Shown: positions 7,190 through 14,178 of the stretch, one piece after another
Numbering within the stretch: the stretch's first letter is position 1
Layout of the letters: each line of letters begins with the position of its first letter
Virus record (IMG/VR): IMGVR_UViG_3300010362_000004
Coordinates: 1-46,348 of that record
Reading direction: 5' to 3' (one strand)
DNA from: a virus
DNA: 46,348 bases
The notes under the pieces: model-generated
The model's database searches: none
Told to the model about the DNA's origin: nothing
The model's input: only the letters and a program-made list of their open reading frames with translations
Position numbers and translations under genes: made by a program

Positions 7190-7273
7190 AGAGGCTAGCT
7201 TATTCCCCCGGCTGCAAGCCGGGGGAATGCTGGTAGTCTCTGACTACCGAAATTCAACTAGGGAGTAGGAACA
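7190..7273 (+). repeat. Intergenic two-hairpin module, copy C
   Basis: AGAGGCTAGCT, an 11-bp stem hairpin at 7202-7228, a GGTAGTC..GACTACC hairpin at 7232-7248, then TAGGGAGTAGGA and the ATG. Confidence 0.8.
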
Positions 7274-7450
7274 ATGTGGATTCTCATTGTGGTTGCGGTC
7301 GTAATCTGGGCAATCTGGAAAACGATCACGAATTCCGATCCCGGCTACGACTCGGGCCGCGACACGAGCGATCCGCACGGATTCCGTGAGCATCGCGATT
7401 GGATGGAACGGCGCCGCGCGGAGCAGAAACGCGACCCATTCGACCGCTAA
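7274..7450 (+). CDS. Small N-terminally TM-anchored protein (58 aa)
   Basis: Hand translation gives MWILIVVAVVIWAIWKTITNSD followed by a charged tail. It has the conserved RBS motif. It is below the track cut-off. Confidence 0.6.
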   Translation: MWILIVVAVVIWAIWKTITNSDPGYDSGRDTSDPHGFREHRDWMERRRAEQKRDPFDR

Positions 7451-7554
7451 CGACCGTCCTGAGCAAGTATCTGGCGCGCGACACTGGATGCACCTACGCT
7501 GGCGCCAATCGCACGAAGCCGGTAAGCGTCGCGCACGGCCGTGCACGCCGGGCT

Positions 7555-7580
7555 CCGGGGGCCGCATCGCGCGCCCCCGG
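7555..7580. terminator. Hairpin between convergent genes
   Basis: CCGGGGG, a 12-nt loop, then CCCCCGG. Confidence 0.3.
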
Positions 7581-7598
7581 GTAAGTCCCGGCTTCCGG

Positions 7599-7622
7599 TA
7601 ACACCGGACCCTGGTAACACCG
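7599..7622. repeat. Two TAACACCG motif copies (16-bp spacing)
   Basis: Copies at 7599-7606 and 7615-7622. The same octamer occurs at 7932-7939 and four times in 8434-8487. Confidence 0.7.
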
Positions 7623-7631
7623 CGGCCGGGT

Positions 7632-7835
7632 TTATTTCGGCGGCTCCTGTTCCTTCAGAAACTTCTCGAAGTCTGTTTTCCATGCCGAGAGAGTCGTCGG
7701 CTCGGCGTGCTTCTTGTCGACGTGGCCTTGATCCCACATTTCCGCGTAGCTGTTCACGAGTCCGTGCAGGGTCTGAATGAACTGCGGCCGTGCCATTGCG
7801 GGGTCGGTTTTCGCAGTCTCGGTCTTCTCCAACAT
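7632..7835 (-). CDS. Hypothetical protein (67 aa), the only reverse-strand gene in the early array
   Basis: Internal ATG of track ORF 7632..7937 preceded by AAGAAAGGGGGG. The sequence is protein-like (MLEKTETAKTDPAMARPQFIQTLHGLVNSYAEMWDQG...). Confidence 0.5.
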   Translation of the reverse strand: MLEKTETAKTDPAMARPQFIQTLHGLVNSYAEMWDQGHVDKKHAEPTTLSAWKTDFEKFLKEQEPPK

Positions 7836-7901
7836 CGGGGGCCCCCCTTTCTTTGGTGCCAGGATAACAGCAGGGGGCGACAAGGACCAGACGCGCCACA
7901 C

Positions 7902-7928
7902 TTGACCAGCGTCATACGTCTGTAGTAC
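7902..7928 (+). promoter_or_regulatory. Promoter candidate
   Basis: TTGACC, 15 nt, then TAGTAC. TGTAGTAC lies at 7921-7928, 43 nt before ATG 7971. Confidence 0.4.
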
Positions 7929-7970
7929 AGATAACACCGGGGCTGGCTAAGGCCCCAAAGGGAGTAGACA

Positions 7971-8309
7971 ATGGCTCGATTGACAATGGAATGCTTCACG
8001 CCAGCGGAGTGCAGCATGCATCGCTGGAACAATCGCGGCTGCGAGCAGGAGCGGAAGGCGATGCAGGTTGTGGCACGGTCGGGAAAACCGGCGGGCTATT
8101 CCTGGCGCCTCTGGCACGATCCCCGGCCGCGGGTCGCGTCGCGGGCGCCGAGCGGTCCGATCCGTGACTGGCGCTATCCGATGGCCGCCTACCGGAATCA
8201 GACCGCATGGAATGCCGTTGACCGCGCATCCTATGAGCGCTGCATCGAGGAATGGGACCACGGCACGCATCCATGGGCCACGTCTGCGCGGGAACGGGAC
8301 GCCGCATGA
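7971..8309 (+). CDS. Hypothetical protein (112 aa)
   Basis: AAGGGAGTAGAC RBS motif. Its stop overlaps the next start (ATGA). Confidence 0.7.
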   Translation: MARLTMECFTPAECSMHRWNNRGCEQERKAMQVVARSGKPAGYSWRLWHDPRPRVASRAPSGPIRDWRYPMAAYRNQTAWNAVDRASYERCIEEWDHGTHPWATSARERDAA

Positions 8310-8482
8310 AGCGCCAGCCGGATCATGTCTGCCCAGATTGCGGTGCGTATTCTCGCTGCCGGCGGTACGCGAACGAGCCGCCGTGTCCCGTGCCGCTCGC
8401 CATCCGCTGCGGCTCGTGCGGGCTCCGAGCGGCTAACACCGGGGCTGGTAACACCGGGGCCGATAACACCGCAGGGAGCTAA
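8306..8482 (+). CDS. Small zinc-ribbon protein (58 aa) with a repeat-encoded tail
   Basis: CPDCG...CGSCG. The C-terminal NTGAGNTGADNTAGS is encoded by the TAACACCG array. Confidence 0.55.
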   Translation: MKRQPDHVCPDCGAYSRCRRYANEPPCPVPLAIRCGSCGLRAANTGAGNTGADNTAGS

Positions 8483-8487
8483 CACCG
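8434..8487 (+). repeat. Four tandem iteron-like repeats (unit TAACACCGGGGCNGG, 15-16 bp period)
   Basis: TAACACCG at 8434, 8449, 8464 and 8480. The array spans the end of one ORF and the RBS region of the next. Confidence 0.8.
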
Positions 8488-8488
8488 G

Positions 8489-8680
8489 ATGGCCACATTG
8501 GAACACAACATCGACCCGATCAGTGAACGCCTCGGACACCTGGACGGCCGATTAGACGGCATTGAGAAACGTCTCGATCTGTTCGAGCGCATCGTATTCC
8601 GCATGATCGGCGGATTGTACGTACTCGTGACACTCGGCTTCAGCGCCTTGGGCTGGCTGATAGTTCACCGGGGAGGATGA
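8489..8680 (+). CDS. Tail-anchored membrane protein with a coiled-coil N-terminus (63 aa)
   Basis: Heptad-like LDGRLDGIEKRLDLFERI is followed by the C-terminal TM segment IGGLYVLVTLGFSALGWLIV. Confidence 0.65.
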   Translation: MATLEHNIDPISERLGHLDGRLDGIEKRLDLFERIVFRMIGGLYVLVTLGFSALGWLIVHRGG

Positions 8681-9477
8681 GAATGGACATTACGAAAACC
8701 GCTGATGGTGACGAGCCACTCATCGGCATGCGTGTGTATCGCTGCCATCCGCAAGACGGCAGCCGCCGCGCTGGGAAAATACGCGGGCCAGTGCTGCGCA
8801 TCACAAAGCTCGGGGACTACGAGAAAACCGGGAATCCTGTGCAGCCGAATGCCGTTGCCGTTCTCCGCACCGTCAAGAACGACCGGCCCGCGGGCACGGA
8901 ATTCGTCTGGAACCTGAAGCGCACACGCGGCGTGCAGCCGACACTGCGGCCCGATGCGATCCCGAAGAAGCTACCGGATCACGATGCATTCGCAGTCAAG
9001 AAACACACGTACGTCCGCTCCTACCGCGTCGACAACGACATGATGCTGCGGCTCTACCAACGCGGCACGGAGTATTCGACCATCATGCGGCGTGATCTGC
9101 ACCGGCTCTACGATCTGCTCGACGCCAGCCGCGAGCGGCTGCTGTTCCCGCCTGGCACACTCGATCTGCTCATCCTCGCCTGGCGCCGGGCCGCGCCGCC
9201 GCCACCGCACAACCAGCTGAAACCGAGCTGGTTCGTTCCGGTGGTCACGGAAGCGCTCAATCATCTGCGGGCCCCGGAAGTAGACAGCCTGCGGGCATTC
9301 ATGGCCACCTGGACACCTCTCGATGCTCTCGCCGTCCTCGATGCCATCGAGCGCCGGCCACCCGAAGCCGTCACCCTGGCCGCCATCCAGCATGCCGGCC
9401 TGCGGGAAGAGCCCGAGAATGCACCCGCGAGCCCGTCTGAGCCGTCCGAGACGCAGGTAGCCCAAGGAGACGCATAA
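8677..9477 (+). CDS. Hypothetical protein (266 aa)
   Basis: ATGA overlap with the upstream gene. It ends 3 nt before the recombinase gene. No family recognised. Confidence 0.8.
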   Translation: MRMDITKTADGDEPLIGMRVYRCHPQDGSRRAGKIRGPVLRITKLGDYEKTGNPVQPNAVAVLRTVKNDRPAGTEFVWNLKRTRGVQPTLRPDAIPKKLPDHDAFAVKKHTYVRSYRVDNDMMLRLYQRGTEYSTIMRRDLHRLYDLLDASRERLLFPPGTLDLLILAWRRAAPPPPHNQLKPSWFVPVVTEALNHLRAPEVDSLRAFMATWTPLDALAVLDAIERRPPEAVTLAAIQHAGLREEPENAPASPSEPSETQVAQGDA

Positions 9478-9480
9478 CCC

Positions 9481-10455
9481 ATGTCCGAGCCCCAGACCGC
9501 GCCTACGGTGGCAAAACTGGCCATTCCTGTGCCCACTCGCCACCTGCAGCTGGTTCCGGCCCAGTGTGCCGCCACGGCCTACCTGGCCACTTTGGCCCCC
9601 CGGTCTCGCGAGACGCAGGTTGCCGCACTCCGGACGATCTGCCGCCTGATTGTGGGAGCGACAGCCGAGCCGGCAACGTTCCCGTGGGAAGAGATGACCT
9701 ATGCCCATGCGGCAGCGCTGCGACAACGGTTGTCGGAACTGTACGCACCGGCTACGACGAATCGGCTGCTGGCCGCCTGGCGTGGCGTGCTGCGGGCCGC
9801 GTGGCGGCTCGGGCGGATATCGGATACCGTCTATCTGCGTGCGGTCGACGTGAAGGACGTGCGGGGCAGTGATATGCTCCGGGGTCGCGCGCTGCCGGCA
9901 GACGAACGGACTGCCCTGTTTGCCCATACGGCCAGCGATCCGCGTCCAGTGGGCCGCCGGGATGGGGCGATACTCGTTTGCCTGTACGGCTGCGGGCTCA
10001 GGCGTGCGGAAGCCGCCAGCCTGACAGCCGCTGATGTGACGTCGGACGGGCTCCGGGTGCGCGGCAAGGGTGGCAAGGTGCGCGTCGTTCCGATTCCGCC
10101 GAGCTTCGTTCCGGTATTCGAGCACTACGTTTCACTGCTGCCAGGAAACGGTCCGCTCTTGCGGGCGATCGATCCACAATCGGGCATGCTGACCGAACGC
10201 GGGCTGACGGCATCGGGCATCCGGAAAGCGCTCGGGGTGCGGGTGCATGCCTGCCGGCTCGGCACCACGACACCGCACGATCTGCGCCGGAGCTACATCA
10301 CCGATCTACTCGGCCATGGGGTCGACCCCCTGACGGTGGCGTCACTGGCTGGGCATGCGCGGCTCGATACGACGCGGAAGTACGACCACCGACCGCATGC
10401 GGCGCGAGTCGCGGCCGTTGCGGTACTCGGAAAGGAGCCATCAGATGGCGCATAA
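9481..10455 (+). CDS. Tyrosine recombinase, XerC/D-like
   Basis: Catalytic signature present: GLRRAEA (Arg), TPHDLRRSY (H-x-x-R) and GHARLDTTRKYDH (His/Tyr). Confidence 0.9.
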   Translation: MSEPQTAPTVAKLAIPVPTRHLQLVPAQCAATAYLATLAPRSRETQVAALRTICRLIVGATAEPATFPWEEMTYAHAAALRQRLSELYAPATTNRLLAAWRGVLRAAWRLGRISDTVYLRAVDVKDVRGSDMLRGRALPADERTALFAHTASDPRPVGRRDGAILVCLYGCGLRRAEAASLTAADVTSDGLRVRGKGGKVRVVPIPPSFVPVFEHYVSLLPGNGPLLRAIDPQSGMLTERGLTASGIRKALGVRVHACRLGTTTPHDLRRSYITDLLGHGVDPLTVASLAGHARLDTTRKYDHRPHAARVAAVAVLGKEPSDGA

Positions 10456-10584
10456 AATCGTGGCAACAATCAGCTCGGACGGTTCCGTATGCCCATCCAC
10501 GTGATGGGCCTCACAGATTGGCGGGACCGGGCAGGCCGCCGGCATGTCACGGACGTCCCGCAGGTCCTGAAGGAGGGCCAGACG

Positions 10585-10788
10585 ATGACACCGACAGAGA
10601 CCTACGGCAGTGACGATGGGCGCCCGTGCGGCCGATGCGGCGGCACGGTGTATCGCTATGAGATTGCGTGCTGCACGGACCGCATCGTGCAGACCTGGTG
10701 CGTGAGCTGTCATGAGACGGGAACGTTTCTTGCGGCGCGCCGGGTCCAGACGGCCGCGGAGCCGCGAGATGCGGCGCGTCCTCGATGA
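10585..10788 (+). CDS. Small zinc-ribbon protein (67 aa)
   Basis: SD GAAGGAGGG. CGRCGG...CVSCH. Confidence 0.55.
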   Translation: MTPTETYGSDDGRPCGRCGGTVYRYEIACCTDRIVQTWCVSCHETGTFLAARRVQTAAEPRDAARPR

Positions 10789-10800
10789 AGCCGGGAACTG

Positions 10801-11106
10801 ATGTCCCAATCTCAACTAGACCGACTGCGCCGGGAATTGGCAGAGACGCAGGAGGCTCGCGATACATACAAACGCGAGATGACAGAAACCACTGCCGAGA
10901 ACGCCACACTGCGGGGATTGGGCAGAGAACTGAGCAACACCAACCACAAGCTAGCCGCTGAACTCACACGCCTCGAAGCCAAGAACCGAGCGTGCACTGC
11001 AGCACTAAGGGAATGCCTGCGGGCGCTGACCGTGCGCGCCGATGCGAACATCATTGCGACGGCGGTGGCCAGCGCTCGACACGCCCTAGGGGAAGGGAAG
11101 GCATGA
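10801..11106 (+). CDS. Coiled-coil hypothetical protein (101 aa)
   Basis: Heptad-rich and charged (LRRELAETQEARDTYKREM...). Confidence 0.7.
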   Translation: MSQSQLDRLRRELAETQEARDTYKREMTETTAENATLRGLGRELSNTNHKLAAELTRLEAKNRACTAALRECLRALTVRADANIIATAVASARHALGEGKA

Positions 11107-11112
11107 CCCCGC

Positions 11113-11379
11113 TCAGTATTCGTCGTCTCGTTTCGTGAGCCTGGGCGGCACGATGACATCGCCCTGCTCGATCCGTGTCAGCGCCCGGAGTCCCTCAGCA
11201 TAGCCCAGCAAGAAGGACTCCACCGACGCCATGGTGCAGAACGGGACCGTGCGGCCATCGGTAAGCGTGACGATCACCGAGCCGCGCGGGCCGTGGTCCA
11301 CCCGCATCGGCAGCTTCCACTCCGCGAACCGTGCCAGCGTCCAGTTGAGCAGAGACCCTACACGGGGCATAGCATGCAA
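11113..11379 (-). CDS. Hypothetical protein (88 aa)
   Basis: Last gene of the leftward operon. No clear SD. Confidence 0.55.
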   Translation of the reverse strand: MHAMPRVGSLLNWTLARFAEWKLPMRVDHGPRGSVIVTLTDGRTVPFCTMASVESFLLGYAEGLRALTRIEQGDVIVPPRLTKRDDEY

Positions 11380-11422
11380 AGAAATCTAGGAGCCGCGGGA
11401 CGGCGCAGAAAAAAACTGGCCG

Positions 11423-11695
11423 CTAGGATGCAAGCGTCGGGTCCTGGGAGCGCTTGCTCGCCTGGATAATCGCGACTGCGTTCATGTCCATGCGCGTCGC
11501 GACGTAGGCGACGGCCGCACGCAACGACGCCATCGCATGCGGGCAGGTCTCGGTCGTCGCGGAGAATGCATGGTACTCGTCCTGCTCATCGATCAGGACA
11601 CAGACGACGCCGGTCACCTCGCCGTTGCGCACCCGGCTGAGCGCCACCTCTAGCTCGGCAACCAGATATTCCTGCGGGTCGTCGTCCTGGTACAT
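11423..11695 (-). CDS. Hypothetical protein (90 aa)
   Basis: Internal ATG of track ORF 11423..11842, 2 nt after the upstream stop. Acidic N-terminus. Confidence 0.65.
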   Translation of the reverse strand: MYQDDDPQEYLVAELEVALSRVRNGEVTGVVCVLIDEQDEYHAFSATTETCPHAMASLRAAVAYVATRMDMNAVAIIQASKRSQDPTLAS

Positions 11696-11697
11696 GG

Positions 11698-12264
11698 TCA
11701 CTCCAGTGGCGCGATGGCCACGAACGCATCGAGTAAGGTGCGACCCTCGGCATGCGCATCGGCAATGCAGCCGGGGCATGGAATCAAGAGATTCGCCGGT
11801 CCCTTGCGGCGGAAGTTGAGCCAGCCACCACACGCGAGACACTCGCCGCGGGCGACGAATGTCTTGTAGCTCTTCCGCCCCAGTGCATAGACCCGCCGCG
11901 GCAGCCAGTCATTGCGGAGCGCATCGTCCAGTATCTTCGTTGCCGGTACCTTCGTGCGGATGGATGCCTGCAAGCACGCGCGGTACATCGTGCGGTCTAC
12001 ATCCGGATAGCGGTACTCCGGCGGGAACGCATCAGCGAGCGCCGCCAGAACTTTAACGTATTCGATCTTGCAATGCGCCAGCCCCGCCAGCGCATGCAAT
12101 CGGGCTTTCCGTTCTTTGACCGTCAGTGCCCCACTCAGCATGTCGCGTGCGGTGTCGGCGGCAATCCAGTAGCCCGCTCGCTGCTCATCGAGCGCCGCCG
12201 CAAACCGCAGCGCCCGCTCACCCGGCAGCTGCTCAGAAGCCGCGGGAACGCCCATAGACCGCAA
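11698..12264 (-). CDS. Hypothetical protein with a C-terminal zinc ribbon (188 aa)
   Basis: CLACGG...CPGC. Protein-like composition. Confidence 0.7.
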   Translation of the reverse strand: MRSMGVPAASEQLPGERALRFAAALDEQRAGYWIAADTARDMLSGALTVKERKARLHALAGLAHCKIEYVKVLAALADAFPPEYRYPDVDRTMYRACLQASIRTKVPATKILDDALRNDWLPRRVYALGRKSYKTFVARGECLACGGWLNFRRKGPANLLIPCPGCIADAHAEGRTLLDAFVAIAPLE

Positions 12265-12763
12265 TCAGCAGCGCATCGGCACGGCCAGTCTGCGCGCGTG
12301 GCCCCAGATCAACCAGCGGGAATTGCTGCGCGGCACAGACACGGCTCGCGCCCTTCTCGGTGCCAATCAGGCCGGCGTGCCGCTTCCATTCGACGGGCGT
12401 GATCTTCCGCACCGGCAGCCCGAGCCCGGCACAGAGCCCCTCCCACAGTGCCACGCTGCGCCCGGTCATAAAGACACTCTTGACACCCTCATGCGGCATG
12501 GCATGCATGCTCTCCAGCACCACGCACGTATTGCGGGCGTCCCCGAGCGACGTCACCAGCAGCCGGCGCATCGCACTGAGATTGTATTCTCGCCGTTTGC
12601 TTCTGGCGCCGCCACGCATGACGAACTCGGTCGGCGTGTCGTAGCAGGTCGTCGTGCCATCCGGTGCCAGCACCGCCACCGCACCCGTGAGTCCAGGGTC
12701 GATGCCGACGTAGCGCGTGGTGAAGGCGCCACGTTCCAGCTGCGCCTGCAGGGATTCCGTCAT
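12233..12763 (-). CDS. RuvC-like Holliday junction resolvase
   Basis: YVGIDPGLTGAVAVL (first Asp), LESMHAM (Glu) and ADALLIAVYG (Asp) follow the pattern of the RNase H-fold RuvC family. Confidence 0.75.
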   Translation of the reverse strand: MTESLQAQLERGAFTTRYVGIDPGLTGAVAVLAPDGTTTCYDTPTEFVMRGGARSKRREYNLSAMRRLLVTSLGDARNTCVVLESMHAMPHEGVKSVFMTGRSVALWEGLCAGLGLPVRKITPVEWKRHAGLIGTEKGASRVCAAQQFPLVDLGPRAQTGRADALLIAVYGRSRGF

Positions 12764-13296
12764 GTCTTGCCGATGAGCAGCTGGAGCATCTGCTGAACGG
12801 CGGCAGGATTCTGCAGCGCTGATTGCTGCCCGAAGCCACTCGCTAGCTGCTGCGCATAGGCCGCTGCGCCACTCGTGCGATCAGCGACTGTTGCTGCGAG
12901 CTTCGCCGGCCGCTCAACGAACTGTCCGAATCGATGCGCCATGTCGGCGGGAGTGCCACCACCTGCAAACGCTTTGGTGAATCCTCGCTGTTCATTTCCG
13001 CCACCCCATCGTGCGGACTCACCCGTGCGTTCCATGTGGAGCCAATCCATTTGCGCCTCTGGATCGGTCCAGTCTCGACCCGTAGCCGTAGCGAAGCTCT
13101 TGAGTGCCGCCTTTCTGGGGCCCGTCCATTGCACCAGGCCGGTATCCCCGCCGCCTTTATTCACAGCAGCGGGATTGAATCCACTTTCCACATTCACGTT
13201 GCCTGCGGCAGCAAGTGCTTCCTCCGGCGTCCATCCACGAGCGATCATGCCCGAGATGAATTGGCGCGCTCCGAATCCTTCACCCGGCCGCGTCAC
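12760..13296 (-). CDS. Stand-alone lysozyme-like protein (phage tail lysozyme-type domain)
   Basis: GNVNVESGFNP...GLVQWTGPR. By eye, roughly half of the aligned residues are identical to aa ~246-390 of the 812-aa virion protein. GTG start. Confidence 0.7.
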   Translation of the reverse strand: MTRPGEGFGARQFISGMIARGWTPEEALAAAGNVNVESGFNPAAVNKGGGDTGLVQWTGPRKAALKSFATATGRDWTDPEAQMDWLHMERTGESARWGGGNEQRGFTKAFAGGGTPADMAHRFGQFVERPAKLAATVADRTSGAAAYAQQLASGFGQQSALQNPAAVQQMLQLLIGKT

Positions 13297-13433
13297 AGTT
13301 CTAGCTCCACGTTGAGCAGGATCGCCGCCGCCCGGAGCACCCGCCGCCGCGCACTCTCCTGCAGCGGCTGCAGGATGTCGATGATCTGGCGCACGATCGC
13401 ATGCAAGTCCGGCTCGCGCCGCGGCTCATCCAT
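13293..13433 (-). CDS. Small hypothetical protein (46 aa)
   Basis: SD GGGAGGG. Hand translation gives MDEPRREPDLHAIVRQIIDILQPLQESARRRVLRAAAILLNVELEL. Its stop overlaps the downstream GTG. Confidence 0.45.
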   Translation of the reverse strand: MDEPRREPDLHAIVRQIIDILQPLQESARRRVLRAAAILLNVELEL

Positions 13434-13511
13434 CGCGGTCCCTCCCGAACGGTAGCACATACTGATTGCGCTCGCGGATCGCCGCCGCCATCTGCCGGCC
13501 GAGCCGGCGGC

Positions 13512-13682
13512 CTAGAACTTCTTGAGCGTTTGTGCGAGTCGCGCGCGCTGCCCGAGCTTGCCACCGGCCTTGGCTGCCTTGGCCAGCTTTCCAGGCGGTA
13601 TCTTCTCGCCCTGCGCTACGCCGAGCTGCTTGTGCAGGGCCCCCGGATGCTTGATCGCACCCTTGATCCACTTCTCTGCCAT
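13512..13682 (-). CDS. Small basic hypothetical protein (56 aa)
   Basis: SD GGGAGG. Hand translation gives MAEKWIKGAIKHPGALHKQLGVAQGEKIPPGKLAKAAKAGGKLGQRARLAQTLKKF. Confidence 0.55.
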   Translation of the reverse strand: MAEKWIKGAIKHPGALHKQLGVAQGEKIPPGKLAKAAKAGGKLGQRARLAQTLKKF

Positions 13683-13716
13683 CGCGGCCTCCCATCTCTC
13701 CTCCCTGCCACAAAAA

Positions 13717-14178
13717 TCAACTTTGCGAAGGGCTGCTCACCTCTGCCTGCAGCCATTCCTGCCAGCACGCTTCCCGCACCCGGGGATCGACTGGGCCCTT
13801 CCCTTCCGCCCACAGTACCGCCCGCCAGGTCCGCTCGAACACGGGACGCATCGGGCCCTGGCAGGAATGCTCGGCTTCCCAGGCATCGAGTGCCTGATGC
13901 ACGCGATAGAAGATGCGCTGCCGCCCCGGGCCATCCAGCCCCTCGTTCGCGGTGTAGTCTCCGGTCGTGAGCGCTCGCAGGTCTCGTGGGCTGGGCAGCT
14001 TGCCCGTCGGCTCGATCCGCCGGGCCAGCGACTCGATCGCGACCCGCAGTCGGAGCCAGTCGACGTCGTGCAGGACGCGGAAGTATAGCTCGGCAGTCTC
14101 CGCAGGAATGCGGCGCCCCAAGATGCCACCGAGCCCGGAGAGTGCTGCAGCGAACGGCTGGAACTCGGCATCGATCAT
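13717..14178 (-). CDS. Hypothetical protein (153 aa)
   Basis: Internal ATG of the track ORF, with an ATGA overlap with the upstream gene. Confidence 0.7.
   Translation of the reverse strand: MIDAEFQPFAAALSGLGGILGRRIPAETAELYFRVLHDVDWLRLRVAIESLARRIEPTGKLPSPRDLRALTTGDYTANEGLDGPGRQRIFYRVHQALDAWEAEHSCQGPMRPVFERTWRAVLWAEGKGPVDPRVREACWQEWLQAEVSSPSQS

Noticed and set aside
4943-7270. T7/T3-type phage RNA polymerase promoters (the ...AGGGAGA-like ends of the conserved motif)
   Set aside because: The genome has no single-subunit RNA polymerase gene. The motif always sits 1-4 nt before an ATG, which is consistent with an RBS.
7451-7970. Invertible segment carrying the single reverse-strand gene, flanked by TAACACCG copies
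   Set aside because: The flanking motif copies are in direct, not inverted, orientation. No inverted repeats were found at the segment borders.
8434-8487. CRISPR array
   Set aside because: The repeats are only 8-15 nt, contiguous, and have no unique spacers. There are no cas genes.
8971-10125. 384-aa ORF antisense to the recombinase. Similar long antisense or alternative-frame ORFs occur at 13616..14455, 13967..15136, 15848..16579, 17934..18788, 18676..19512, 25609..26499, 26472..27200, 30451..31365, 38987..39721, 39997..41169, 42070..42660 and 44285..45334.
   Set aside because: They show Arg/Gly/Pro/Ala-rich composition typical of open non-coding frames in high-GC DNA. Each overlaps a gene with clear motifs or operon context on the other strand or in another frame.
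4956-10455. Integron-like reading: gene cassettes separated by hairpin elements, with a tyrosine recombinase nearby
   Set aside because: The boundary modules lack attC-type R/L core sites (no RYYYAAC...GTTRRRY). The recombinase is downstream on the same strand, not divergent with an attI/Pc. Each cassette carries its own RBS within the module. I kept the modules as a finding in their own right.
13441-13503. 21-aa ORF MAAAIRERNQYVLPFGRDRDG between two small minus-strand genes
   Set aside because: It is too short to support and has no distinctive features. It may simply be leader sequence carrying the SD of the next gene.
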